From Eledone cirrhosa (lineage: Eukaryota), in contig OZ024747.1 of NCBI GenBank assembly GCA_964016885.1, positions 80,600,001 through 80,664,000 on the forward strand: a DNA stretch of 64,000 nt. The letters run 5' to 3'. Positions 29,381-42,685 of this stretch are shown piece by piece. Every line of letters starts with the position of its first letter. Positions within the stretch are counted from its first letter, which is position 1. The notes beneath the pieces are model-generated. The model made no database searches and was not told where the DNA came from. It saw only the letters and a program-made list of their open reading frames with translations. The translations under genes were made by a program, and so were the position numbers.

Positions 29381-29799
29381 CATACAGGTACACATACATA
29401 TATGTACGCATCAGTTTAGCGGACGCTTATTATAGCGCCCGCTTTGTTCATTTGTAAATAAACTGAACAGCCTGAATTTATGCCGCACGGTGTTAAGGCA
29501 ACCACGTCACCTTTTTGTTCAACACTGGCACAGGAACGATGTACTAGTTTCAAGCTTGTTAGCTATCATCAGCACCGTATACCCATCTGCCAGATAGTTG
29601 AACGTTCGAAAGTATATACTTTCCTTATGAAAATTAACGGCTGAGCCAGTGCCAGTGTTGAACAAAAAGGTGACGTGGTTGCCTTAACACCATGCGGCAT
29701 AAATTCAGGCTGTTCAGTTTATTTACAAACGAACAAAGCGGGCGCTATAATAAGCGTCCGCTAAACTGATGCGTACATATATGTATGTGTACCTGTATG

Positions 29800-29889
<90 letters not shown>

Positions 29890-30143
29890 TGCTACTGTAC
29901 TTCTGTATACATATATGTATGTACGTATACATACATACTTACATTTAAGTAAGTGCCGTACTAAGAGTAAGAAATGAAATTTCGTTTTCATTTTTTTTTT
30001 TACAACTCATCGTTTTCGGTGCGCCTGACCGATTTAACTCACTCGATATGCAAATTAGGCTGCTCAGCCGTTAATTTTCATAAGGAAAGTATATACTTTC
30101 GAACGTTCAACTATCTGGCAGATGGGTATACGGTGCTGATGAT
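29188..30143. mobile_element. complex double fold-back element (family F)
   Basis: IR1 29188-29531 / 29649-30010, including an internal (TA)n in both arms; IR2 29565-29646 / 30062-30143. Confidence 0.9.
29536..29578 (-). ncRNA. minimal type I hammerhead ribozyme, canonical core
   Basis: ACGGTG-CTGATGA-tAGCT aaca AGCTt-GAAA-CTAG-TA-CATCGT; palindromic stem III ACTAGT. Confidence 0.92.
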
Positions 30144-30192
30144 AAGCTGACAGAGCTCTGTTTCGTACTTTTTGGTACATATCAAAGCTCAC
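30142..30192 (-). ncRNA. hammerhead ribozyme, core variant (TTGATAT)
   Basis: GTGAGCT-TTGATAT-GTAC caaaaa GTAC-GAAA-CAG agct CTG-TC-AGCTTAT. Confidence 0.75.
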
Positions 30193-30327
30193 TACTCCTC
30201 CCGTTTGCTGAAAATAATGTGTGTTGGATTCTTATAGAATTCCAGTAATAATCAGGAACTGATTATACAGAGTGGTCGCCGGTTCAGCAGAAATTGAAAA
30301 TTAGGATTGGTACTCTGAAATAGCGAT

Positions 30328-30673
30328 ATATATATGAATGTATATACAGTGTATTTTGCAATACACTGTATGCTTAATTAAAAGCTTTTTGAAGACCTTA
30401 CGTTATTGTTTTAAAGTAGTGACAATGTCACTTACTTAAGTTTTCAGCAAACAGGAGGAGATAAGCTGACAGAGCTCTGTTTCGGCAAACTGGAGGAGTA
30501 GTGATCTTTGATCAGTACCAAAAAGTACGAAACAGAGCTCTGTCAGCTTATCCCCACCCGTTTGCTGAAAATGTAAGTCAGTGACATTGTCACTACTTTA
30601 AATCAATAGCGTATGGTCTTCAAAATGCTTTTAATTAAGCATACAGTGTATTGCAAAATACACTATATATACA

Positions 30674-30683
<10 letters not shown>
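30328..30683. mobile_element. fold-back element family G
   Basis: IR 30328-30484 / 30528-30683 with diverged arms. Confidence 0.85.
30501..30551 (+). ncRNA. hammerhead ribozyme, core variant (TTGATCA)
   Basis: GTGATCT-TTGATCA-GTAC caaaaa GTAC-GAAA-CAG agct CTG-TC-AGCTTAT. Confidence 0.72.
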
Positions 30684-30722
<39 letters not shown>

Positions 30723-30731
30723 ACATATATA

Positions 30732-30886
30732 TGTAGGAGGTGAGTTTTATTGTAGTACAATAAAGCAATGCAGATATCGGATATGAAGCACTCTACAGTT
30801 TGTAGGACTGGAGTATACATAATATATAAGAACAAAAGATGGTTAAAAGAGTTCCATGTATTTTATTATGCGCATTTCATTCTTAT
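30732..30886 (-). mobile_element. (TA)n-embedded element truncated inside its HHR
   Basis: minus strand starts ..GAAA-TGCGCA-TA-ATAAAA; its 3' end CTACAATAAAACTCACCTCCTACA recurs at 1861-1884. Confidence 0.65.
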
Positions 30887-30894
30887 ATATTATG

Positions 30895-31050
<156 letters not shown>

Positions 31051-32504
31051 TATAGTGGTTACCTCCGATTCAACCCGGAATAACTTACATATATATATAT
31101 ATATATATATATGATACTTAATTGAAATTTGATTTTCATCAGTCAGTTGTCTTACATATGATATAAACCCTGTGTGCATAATATATTAATTATTCAATTT
31201 CGTTCCAAAGTTAAGATTATTATTTGTTTATATCGTTACATCCATAGACAGAAATACACACAGACACATATGTGTGTGTGTATTTGTGGTGCGTGCGTGC
31301 GTGGGAGATCGTGCTCTCTTGCGTGTCTACAAATTTCCTGTTAAACAGTTCATTTATAATATAAACGTGAAACTTATTGATAATGATATAAACAATTCAA
31401 AATATAAATTCTATTCATTCGATTATAGATCTCCCTTTACTACAGCTATTTATATTATCTGAATTTGATTATGACCACCACACTGTATTCTTTTAGAGAG
31501 AAGTAAAATTGTTATGATATCAGATACATTTGACCAGGAATGACATTCACCGCGTAGTCGTAGCCTTCATTGTGTGGTAATAGCAATCACGTTTTGTATT
31601 TCTCTCATAATGAGGAGATCTAACAATGCTTGCCAGTTGTTTAAATATTGTGGACTATTTCTAGAATTTGTTTTGTTGAGACAGGCACCAGGATGGTAAC
31701 TACTTTTCTAATATTAATCGAATCGGTATTTAAATACTTCTATGATTATATAATTTCGCGTATGAATTTGTTGACTATTCCGTATTGGATGAAATAAGTA
31801 TGATTATGTTTCATTGGAGAATGATAGAAATATGATATTTTATTATATTATATCATATCAAAATAGCACAAATATATTATATCAAAGTAACACAGTATGT
31901 AGAGCGATAAATATCATAAAAATTCCTATATGGAAGGGAAAACCCGAATGATTGTGGAACGACCTTACAGTGTTTTCTAATCACTTTCCCCAGTTTTAAT
32001 TTTGTTCTTCACAACTAAAACATATGTCAAAAGAAATGTATAATCAACGAGGATGAGACAGGCATGGAGATTACTTACGTTAAACACTAAAGCCTTGTGC
32101 TGATGAGACTGGTAATATAATAGCCATCAGGACACAGTGAGAAATAAAAGAATTAAAATGATGTTGCGATAATAATTGACACTTAAGTCCTTTATCTGTT
32201 TTATTTCTACAAAAGAAAAACTATAGAGCGAACTAAAACGAAAAGAAAAAGATACGAAAGCAGACAACCTACTCTATTATTTTGTTACAGGGATATTTCC
32301 CCTATGGTGCTTTTATTAGCAACTTCATTTTAATCACTTTTTCAAGAGGCCTCGTGTGTTGTGTGTGAATCGAAATAGAAACCAAGCTTATTTTCAACAT
32401 TGAAGAAAAATAAATACATAGACGAATAAATATAAAATAGCAATAATAATGGAAACTAAGAAACTAAGCTTAATTTCCAAATTAAACAAAATAAATAAAT
32501 ACAC

Positions 32505-32561
<57 letters not shown>

Positions 32562-32597
32562 TTGATGATGATGATAATAATAATAATAATAATAATA

Positions 32598-32733
32598 TTC
32601 ATTGTTCTTTTTTTGTTACATCCTCTCTTTTTTTGTTTTTTTTTACACGCAGAAATGCCCATTTGTACCGTCCTGTATTGTCCTGTACTGTCCTTAATGT
32701 CTACTTTGTGTAATCCCTTATGGTTAATAAAGA

Positions 32734-32737
<4 letters not shown>
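32598..32737 (+). mobile_element. probable Tx1-like LINE 3'UTR stub in (AAT/ATT)n
   Basis: ends CCCTTATGGTTAATAAAGAAAG followed by (TAT)n, like the 22486 element terminus. Confidence 0.6.
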
Positions 32738-32789
<52 letters not shown>

Positions 32790-34707
32790 GTATTAGTATC
32801 ATTATTATTATTAAGAGAAACGCAACAAACAACCAATAATCAGAAAGTTATTTTTTCCTAAGTAGCTTGCTGCCTTACAATTTCGGCCATTTTTCTAATT
32901 AACCCCAATTACTGTCAGAAGAAAGGTGCATTTAAAAGGGTGAAACAAGTTATCCACGCGTTCAGTTCTTGCTTCTTTGTTGTTATTCATGATATTTTTT
33001 GTTCTTTTGTTATTGATTGTATTCGATACATGATTATATAATTTGCAATTTCAAAATTAGATATCGAACACACCACTCCCTTTGTTTCTTTTCAACTCTC
33101 TTTGCCATCCTTTTCATGCACTTTCTCTCTCAGTTTCCCTCTATCACTTTCAGTCTTTCATTTCTTTTTCGCATCCCACCCCTCCTGCAAATGTTACTAT
33201 ATTGAGAGTTTCGTTTCTTGTATTTTATTTTCTCCAGTTGTATTGAATGTCTTGAGAATTTAGATATTTTCTGATCTAATTCTCTAGTGTTAAACCTTGC
33301 CATACATCACCTCCACTGCATGTACTTATCCAACAATACGATTTCCGATTCTTAGTGTATCAGCGTCGAGTTTCATCTAATAAATAAATAAGATATACAA
33401 AATATACAGATTTATGAAATTGAAAATCTTCATATGATTATCAGACTTTCAACGAATCATTATTTTCTTATTTTCTCTTTGATTTCCCTTTTATTCCGCA
33501 GAATATCTGTTGAAATATTAATACACTCCATCTCCATATTTATAGATAATCGTTAGAATCATTATGAAGGATTAAAAAGAATTCTGACTTAATTCTGTAT
33601 TAGGCCTTGTTAATGGAGCTGCTTCAACATGAAAAAGGCCGCTATTAATTCTTTACAGTTTCAAATGAAAGTTCTTATATAACATGGATTTCTTTCGTAG
33701 GCGTAATGACGTTTTGTGTAGAATTATGCAATGACTGGCTTGCTTGAATCTAAAATAAAGCTAATATAAAGCTAATATATTTACTATACTTCATATATCT
33801 GGTACTCACTATATCACGTTTTCTTTGATAATTACAACGAATGGCCGCCTTGTGTATGATATGGAAGGTGCTGAAATGAATACCTTTAATATCTAAATTA
33901 ATGTCATAACAGATTCATAATTCAAATATTGTCAATGAATATAATAAAGGCTTTGTGTAGCATTCCATTGATAACATTCTTAATTAAATTGACATTACAG
34001 CCAGGTTAACTTGAAACATACGTTTTTCCAATGGATTTCGCCTCACAAGATTATGGATATTATATTGACCGTGGACCAATGGTCACCATGCTGTTACTGG
34101 GAGACTGAAACTCCATCAGAATCTAACAATGCACTCAGAGATTTTTCTGTCATTTGATTACAGTCAGTTTATGGAAGAGCATTGCTCTTTCAAAATTCTA
34201 TTGACAATATTCTAATTTAAGACTGAGTTGTGTTGGGCGCGATTTTATTCGTCTTTAACATGTGGTTGGCTATAAAAGTGTTGAACTTTAACGTGAAAAC
34301 GTATTGTTTAGAACAATTGTTGAGTACATTTCGTTGGCCTGATAGCTATTTTTGTGAGATCACCTAAAGTTCTTTATACACTTTTTGACAAACGTAAGGC
34401 TGATTTTAGAGCCATTGTCGATGTCTTATAAAATAAGTATACTACTTATCTAAGTATAAGGGTCTTGAAAGAATAAGCTCCCTGTGCAATTAAGAATATT
34501 TCTGTCACGAATGACATCCAATTAATATATCATTTTCTTGACATACATAATGAAAAATTCATTGTCAATGTTTTCTACTATACTTAATAACTTATATTGT
34601 ATTTTGTGTTCACATACATATTTGTTCCCTAACGTATGCGGCCTCCAGTAATGTATTAGCAAGCAAAATTATAATCTCCAATTTGGAAAATATCATTATT
34701 GTTCTGT

Positions 34708-34860
34708 AGGGTGGTGCACTGTCAGAATCGTTAGTATCAGCTAAAATACTTTATTATATTTCGTTACGGATGGTTAAAATCTAAGTTCAAACCCCGCCGA
34801 TGAATTCTTTATCTTCCATTCTTCCCGGGTCTATAAGATAAAGTACAACTATACATGTTG
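34708..34860 (+). mobile_element. decayed SINE S1
   Basis: AGTTCAAACCCCGCCGA..CTTCCATTCTTCCCGGGTCTATAAGATAAAGTAC. Confidence 0.65.
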
Positions 34861-35845
34861 GTGAATGTATATGGTGCCTGCATAATTTACTTTTCTGAAA
34901 TATATAATAGATATATAAGTCCATTTTTGTTTAAAACGTAAAATTATTTATCTGTTATTCATACATATTTTATTCTTTTACGTAAGTTAGTGTACAGCAT
35001 TGAGGAAATACACCCCCGTAACAATGCTCATTCTTGTCAGTCGACTCTATATATTCTACACACTTTCACACACGCTATTATGGTGAAGAAACCAATTATT
35101 ATTATTAACAGCATTTTGTGAATACAATATTGAATATTATTCATTTTTATTTTGTATCGAGTACAAAATAAAAAAAAAAACGAATAATAATAACAATAAT
35201 AATAACAATAATGCTAGTAGTAAATAATAATATAGTTTTTTATATTAACATGATCTAAATTCTCTGAAAGATGTCTAATTTGTATAGTCGTTCGCAAGAA
35301 CATTATCGATATTTACACAAGTGATCAATACGTTCCTCTTGATACCGCCTTTATTCACAATACGGTCGCCATTTCTATAGAATACAGCGATTTGATTTCT
35401 ATCAGAGTGTATTATAGTCTTATAGTCATATCTTTCTTGACATTTACATAATCCTGTATTTTTTGTAATCATGACTCTTTGGGTTAAAGAAATATACTGA
35501 AAAGCTGAAAGCAATTTCATGCCTTTCCCATGTGCTATTTTAACTGCAGAGGTAAGCTCTTATTGGGAGAATTTTAACCCAAGTCAAATATTTGATTCGT
35601 GGAAAATCTTGCCATATAAAACACTGAATTTGAGTGTCCTTCCTCAGATGCGTCAATGAACTTAAAGGAAAACATGTTTGTCATTGATTGTTGTGAGGTA
35701 ATCCAGTAATTTATATTACCAATAATTCGGAAATGAAAAGAAACATCTAGATTCGAAAATGTTTTATTAGTGACTACTGAATTTTGATTATTTACTCAAC
35801 AAAGATCAAACAGGAACTAGTGTCGATTCTATGTCATTGTAGATT

Positions 35846-36371
35846 AATAATTGTTTCTACTTTTGGCACCAGGCCAGCAATTATCCCAGTGCATTACTGG
35901 TACTTTATTTTATCGACCCCGTAAGGATGAAAGGCGAAGTTAACCTCGGCGGGATTTGAACTCAGATCATAAAGGGAGGTAACTCCATGCTTCAAAGCAT
36001 GACGCCCGACCCTCTACCGATACTGCCAATCCACTCTTGTAGATTAATAATTGATTCTACTTTAGGCACAAGGCCAGCAATTACCCAGTACATTACTGGT
36101 ACTTTATTTTATCGACCCCGTAAGGATGAAAGGCAAAGTTAACCTCGGCGGGATGGTTTCTGTTTAAGGCACAAGCCCAGCAATGTTTTAGGGGAGGGGA
36201 AAATCAATTAAATCGACCCCAGTGCATTACTGGTACTTTATTTTATCTACCCCGTAAGGATGAATGGCAAAGATAACCTCGGCAGGATTGAAATCAGAAC
36301 ACAAAGGGCCGTAACTCTATGCTGTAAAGCATGGTGTCCGATACCTTAACAATACTGCCAATCCACGGCCC
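35846..36371 (-). mobile_element. three adjacent SINE S1 copies (35846-36034, 36046-36153, 36155-36371)
   Basis: three S1 cores; TGTAGATTAATAAT at 35838, 36038 and 36374. Confidence 0.92.
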
Positions 36372-36743
36372 TCTGTAGATTAATAATCCCTACCGATATT
36401 TATACGATAAAATTCCAATGACGTGTGCAAGGGTTTCAAAGAGACGGACCGAGAGGTCCACCAGAGAAATTTGAAATATATAATAAAACACACCCTATCG
36501 TTATTTAATCGAAATGCCTCGAAATAAAAGACGTCCAAGATGGAGGCGAGTTGTTTTTGAAGTTGTAACATGATAGGAAACAAATAGACATGTCTGGCAG
36601 TTAACCGACTTTGCCATTTTTTAAAATAAACGTTCAGATCGATTCATAACTCATTCTACCGTAAGTGGTTTATATAACACATTGCCTCTGATATTAATTA
36701 GAGGTTCTTCTGTTATTGATAAAAACATTAGGTGAAATAGATT

Positions 36744-36799
<56 letters not shown>

Positions 36800-36801
<2 letters not shown>

Positions 36802-37010
36802 GAAGTATTTCCGTAGGGAAGGTAAAGGAAAAGAGAGTGCTCTATGTAGGCTACAGAGCTTTTTAGTTACGTAATAAATAACATAAGATAATTAATTCAT
36901 TTACCAGAATGAATAACATGTTATTCATTCTGACGACTGAAGACAGATATAAATATCTGTCTTCAAGAAACCACTGGTAAATGAATTAATTATCTTATGT
37001 TGTTTATTAC
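36800..37010. mobile_element. HHR fold-back element (family H) in (TA)n
   Basis: IR 36871-36907 / 36974-37010 plus a left extension. Confidence 0.85.
36923..36986 (+). ncRNA. type I hammerhead ribozyme, canonical core
   Basis: ATTCATT-CTGACGA-cTGAAGACAGATAT aa ATATCTGTCTTCAa-GAAA-CC act GG-TA-AATGAAT; predicted GUA cleavage after 36979. Confidence 0.93.
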
Positions 37011-37031
37011 ATATACATACATATATATATT

Positions 37032-37066
<35 letters not shown>

Positions 37067-37144
37067 ATTTATGTATTTATATATATTTATATATATATAT
37101 ATATATACTCATATATATATATATTTTGTTTTACACATACACAC

Positions 37145-37177
<33 letters not shown>

Positions 37178-37183
<6 letters not shown>

Positions 37184-37303
37184 GGGTCAAAAGTCCCGAT
37201 ACATATAAAAAATAAATATGCTTCATAAGAAACATTTTATTCAAAATAAATAAGTATGGAAACTTAATAATTCCCTATGTATTGCGACTTTTGGGCCACC
37301 CTG
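37178..37303. mobile_element. Tc1/mariner-type MITE
   Basis: imperfect TIRs (C/T)AGGGTGG..CAAAAGTC.C.ATACATA flanked by TA. Confidence 0.8.
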
Positions 37304-37324
37304 TATATATCTATACACACACAC

Positions 37325-37394
<70 letters not shown>

Positions 37395-38002
37395 CTGTCT
37401 GTATGCACATATATGTATGTGTATAAGTACATATTTATTTGCGCGTGTTTCTATGTCTGTTGATATCGATATATGCCTATATGTATGTGTGTGAATGAAT
37501 ATAGATATCTATGTTTATGGTTTTTTTTTAGTGGATTCATGTATAGATATATCCATCCGGGTGCCGGGGTGTATAGATAAATACACTAGTCTCTCGATGT
37601 TTGTATATGAATCGAAAAATTGTTATGTTCATAAAGGTTAAGAAGTATATAGGATTGTATGTACATACCCATGGAAATTCGTGTCTGTGGGTATGTATTG
37701 CTATATATGTGCCTATGTGAATGTGAGCTGCTTTTACATGTCTGAATTTATCGTCATGTACATATCTGACAGCATAAACAATGAGCGTCTCATCTTCAGC
37801 TGCCTTTCAGAATAGCTGGCTTCTTGTGCAGGAGACAGGACAGCTAATCCGACAATATACAACAATATAAAAATTGTATTGCAATAAACAGGAAAGCATG
37901 CAGAAGAGACAGGACGGAAAACATAAATGAATGAGAAACGTAGACATGGGATTTTGTATGAATAAGAAATACATGTGAATAAACAGCCAAATGATAACTA
38001 AA

Positions 38003-38148
<146 letters not shown>

Positions 38149-38180
38149 CCGTATATCAATGGATATACAAAATACACATT

Positions 38181-38222
<42 letters not shown>

Positions 38223-38224
<2 letters not shown>

Positions 38225-38311
38225 TGTCCCACAAATGTATACACAAATACTATGCATTCTAATAAATATTGCCTGTACAGGTAATCAGAGTGTACATACA
38301 TTTTTGGGACA
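38223..38311. mobile_element. Tc1/mariner-type MITE
   Basis: GTGTCCCACAAATGTAT.. / ..ATACATTTTTGGGACAC inverted termini. Confidence 0.7.
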
Positions 38312-38317
38312 CACACA

Positions 38318-38352
<35 letters not shown>

Positions 38353-38672
38353 GATCCAATATTCTGTTTTGTTACTGATACCCATTGATATAATTATGGT
38401 GTAAACAACAATGGAAACGATGATTGTTATCATGTATATCCCCTCAACCTTTTGATCTTCAGCGTCATAAATACTAGCATCACAATAATTACCACAATGA
38501 TAATCTAACAATTTCCCATAATATTATTTTCAAATGACAGTATTGGCCCATCAAAATTCCGCTTAAATATAAATATCAATGTTGAATAATAAAGAGTCAC
38601 AATTTGAAGAGTGAATAAAGCATTTTCCTCCAAAGCAATGCTGCAGCTATACAAGGAATATGTGATTTATGT

Positions 38673-38707
<35 letters not shown>

Positions 38708-38744
38708 CATATATCCAATATCTACCTATCTATCTATCTATCTG

Positions 38745-38890
38745 TATATCTGTCTCCCCCTATTGGGGAAAATCGACTAATTTTTTAAATTGCATTTGTG
38801 ATAATATTTTATATGTTTTTATTGTATGTAAACTTCCCCCTTTGTATTTGTCCCCTTCATTTGTGCCCCTGTGGCTAATAAAGAAACATA
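38745..38890 (+). mobile_element. Tx1-like LINE 3'UTR stub in (TATC)n
   Basis: ends GCCCCTGTGGCTAATAAAGAAAC.ATATC, matching the 22486 element terminus. Confidence 0.75.
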
Positions 38891-39214
38891 TCTGTGTATA
38901 TATATATATATATATGAAATATATATATATATACAATATCTATCTATCTATCTAGCTGTATATATATATATGAAATATATATATATATATGAATATGTAT
39001 GTGTATATATATATATGTGTTTGTGTTTGTGTATGTGTATATTTATACATGTGCGTATGTGTTTGTGTGTATCTATATATATATATGTGAATACATGTGT
39101 TTATATATATGTGTGTCTATATGTCTGTATATGTACACGTATGTATATATACGTATAAATACATGTTTTAAAAAATAGGTATATATATATCTTTGTCTGA
39201 AGACACGATATTAG

Positions 39215-39440
39215 GTTATTCGGCTCGCGATGCCTTGAGTTCTTGAGAAAGACACTCCAAACATCTGGCAAGGCTAAGTTGTACCTGTAATACGAAGGGC
39301 CAGACTTATCACATTCTTTGTCTCAGAGAAATACGTCAAGTTACGAGTGAATGCTCAGCCATGTGAACGTTAATGTCGCGTGCAGGCTATTCCATTGAAC
39401 GTATTAAATGGAAAACTCCTTGTCGTATCCGTGGGAGTGC
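39215..39440 (+). mobile_element. probable 3' part of a second SINE family
   Basis: TTGTACCTGTAAT.CGAAGGGCCAG..TCACATTCT..TGCTCAGCCA..ACGTTAAT..GCAGGCT.TTCC; recognised from memory only, single copy here. Confidence 0.45.
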
Positions 39441-39484
39441 ATATTTGTTTTGAAAATACATATAAGTATATGTATGTATATAAG

Positions 39485-39576
<92 letters not shown>

Positions 39577-39729
39577 GTAATAATAATAAATTTGAAGACT
39601 AAAATCCAAAGAGGGCTCGATAAGGATAAATATATATCAGATATATAAGAACCGTAGAGCAAATATTTATGTATATATATGCTTAAAAATGTATGTTATT
39701 TGAATGCTACGGCAATGTAAAATGAATAG

Positions 39730-40260
39730 TAGATTTTGGAAAACTTGAAGGTAACTAAGATGCTAGAGTGTCCTCCGTTATTTTATTTTCCTGTCTTGAT
39801 ACTTGGGGTCAAACATCCTTCGTCAGAAGACTATAATAAAAAAAAACTGGCTCGATGTTCGTGCTTTTATTGTTGTTCACAGCTGGCCATTTTTCTTCCT
39901 TTGCTTGTAAGCGGTGGTATATTTATAGCTGCTGGAAGTGTTGGGAGTTTGACTTCGCCTTTCTACTGACGTGTATAATGGTTTGTGTGCGTTCGTCTTC
40001 CTGTCAAATATTGTGTGCTTTTCCTTATGTTTTTTATGTCAAGTTCTTCGATCCAAATGTTTTGTCAAGGTGCAATTTATCGGATAATTTAAGTATTCTG
40101 GATCGAGTTGGGCTGTGTATGTATGCGTGTATATGCCAAATGCTGTGTATTTAGTTGTAATTGTCTGTTATAGTTGACTATTATGCATGTGGTACCTTTA
40201 GCTACAAAACAATATGTAATGTTCTGACAAAAATGTTTTAAAAACCCGTTAACACACAAA
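39730..40260 (-). mobile_element. possible decayed PLE 3' end with a decayed HHR at 39793-39831
   Basis: minus strand GTCTT-CTGACGA-aGG..CC-(CAAG)T ATC-AAGAC; upstream QNITYC...RQL...H resembles an eroded GIY-YIG. Confidence 0.45.
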
Positions 40261-40321
40261 GAACATAGTCCAGTGATGTGTACCACCTTTAGAGAGACCA
40301 AGAAAAAAAGAATTGTTTTTG

Positions 40322-40518
40322 ACATAGACACATGTCCAGTAATATTTGGGGGAGGAGAAGGTTGATTAAATCAGACCCACTACTTTACTGCTGCGTTATG
40401 TTTTCGATATCGGAAGGATAAGTTTCTGAGTTGATGTCGGCGGAATTTAGGGCCACAACTTAGAAGGGCGTAACTAGATACTACAGTATATTTAATCTGA
40501 CACACTGATTCTGCCATA
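40322..40518 (-). mobile_element. decayed SINE S1-related copy
   Basis: TTTGGGGGAGG..GATTAAATC..TACT..TTTTCGA..GGAAGGAT..GGCGGAATTT. Confidence 0.55.
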
Positions 40519-40813
40519 ATAGTTATAATGGACGCTATAATACTGGAATTTAGTAAACTTCACTAAAGTTTATCATTGATTCAATTACAATTTCAGCATT
40601 TTAATGTACAGCGTAAACCTTTTCAGACAACGTTGCTGGAAAATATTGCTCTGAGAAACCCTAACTTGATTAAATGTTAGAAAGAATATATTGATCGGCA
40701 GGGCATTTTCCTGTTTGGAGAAAGTTGTCAGATTGCTTGCTTTCAGAAATAAGCCGAGATTCTGCGATGTAATTGGGTGTGTACAAAAGAATATATGGTA
40801 CTGAGAGAAAATA

Positions 40814-41054
<241 letters not shown>

Positions 41055-41528
41055 ATGCACTGCGGCGAGGGATTGATTAGGAAATTGAGAAGTTATGAAT
41101 TCAATAAAAGTGAAGAATGCAGGAATCATAGTTAAGTTAAACATCTTAGTCCATTATGATGATCTACAGGAAGAAAAGGTGCAATTATTTCCCCTCAATA
41201 TTCCCTGCCTATTCACACTAGATATATGCTTAGGTTTTGAAAATATCACCGGTTAATATGGCGAAGATAGGTATCGTCTTGTCTTTGTGAGTGATGGTTA
41301 ATATCATCTCCATTCTGGTAGTTTCATACACTTCATATTTCGAGCACTCCGAAAGAAATTATCTAATTTAATTGAGGTTAATTGACGAAACGAAACATTA
41401 CCATTCCACGATAACTTTAAGAATGAATTGCCAGTACATTAATACTCCACTTCTCTAAACATTAGGTGGTATATTAATAGATTCGATAATGATTCTATTA
41501 CGTACATTATATCGACATTTTGAAGGCA

Positions 41529-41604
<76 letters not shown>

Positions 41605-41637
41605 ACACACCCACACCCACCCACACACACATACACA

Positions 41638-41685
<48 letters not shown>

Positions 41686-42194
41686 CACGCACACACATAC
41701 ACCCCCCACCCACACACACGCACACACACACACACACACACATACACACACACACACATACACATATATATCTATATATAGGAAGAGAGAGAGAGACGAG
41801 AGACAGGGGGAGAAAGAGATGGGATGAAGGTGAAAGATAGACAGACAGATACGAACCATTAAGCAAATTTGATTTTGTAAAATGTTTCTTTGTTTACATC
41901 TCGCAAAAAGATACTGCTTACAATATATATATCTTCTCATTAATACGTTAAAAGAGGAATATAGAAATTGTGATTAAAAGTAAAGAGTTATTTGCGTTAA
42001 AAGAATACATCATAGAATATAGAAAGAACCAAATTTAGATATAAATATATCTGAATTCTTTGATTGTTCGACTGGAAGCTTAACATCACAGGCTTTGATA
42101 TTTGGAAGGCCTTCGAACTGTTGGATAATTTGCGTCTTCCGGGCACCAAACCCTGGTCCAACTAGGTCAGATAAATATAAAACAACCTAACAGG

Positions 42195-42685
42195 AGAGGT
42201 GACGTACACTTGGGATTCGTATAGAGATATAAGGGCAGCAAAAAGCAGGCGATCGAACCCACACTTCTGCAGAACTTTCCACAGTAGGTCCCGAGGTCTA
42301 CAAATATTGGATAATGACCGAAAGTATACGATCTCGAATACAAGCGGCCGAAATGGGTTTCTTTCGAAGGGTCTTTGGGGTAACGTTATTCGATAGAGTG
42401 CATAGCTCGGATATTAGTCACGCCGCTACTTCTCTGAATTGAGAGATCACAGATCCGATACTATGGGAATATAGTTAAAATATCTCTGGAAAGAATTGCT
42501 TGACTAATTTTACATGCAAAATCAACCGGCGGAAGATACCCAGGGCAGACCTCGAGCAAGATGGTAGGATAACATCCATGACTTTAACTGGGGGATCCAA
42601 CCGCATCAGTTTAAGACGGTTGCTTCAGACAGGACCCACTGGAAGGAATTTTGATGACTCTGCCTCCACGACTCTCTCGGGAATA
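42195..42685. mobile_element. RTE-clade LINE remnant with a 5' inversion
   Basis: minus 42195-42296 PRDLLWKVLQKCGFDRLLFAALISLYE; plus 42305-42685 WIMTESIRSRIQAAEMG/FRRVFGVTLFDRV/IERSQIRYYG/GRPRARW. Confidence 0.8.

Noticed and set aside
32095-32150. CTGATGA followed by a distant GAAA
   Set aside because: Stems II and III do not form.
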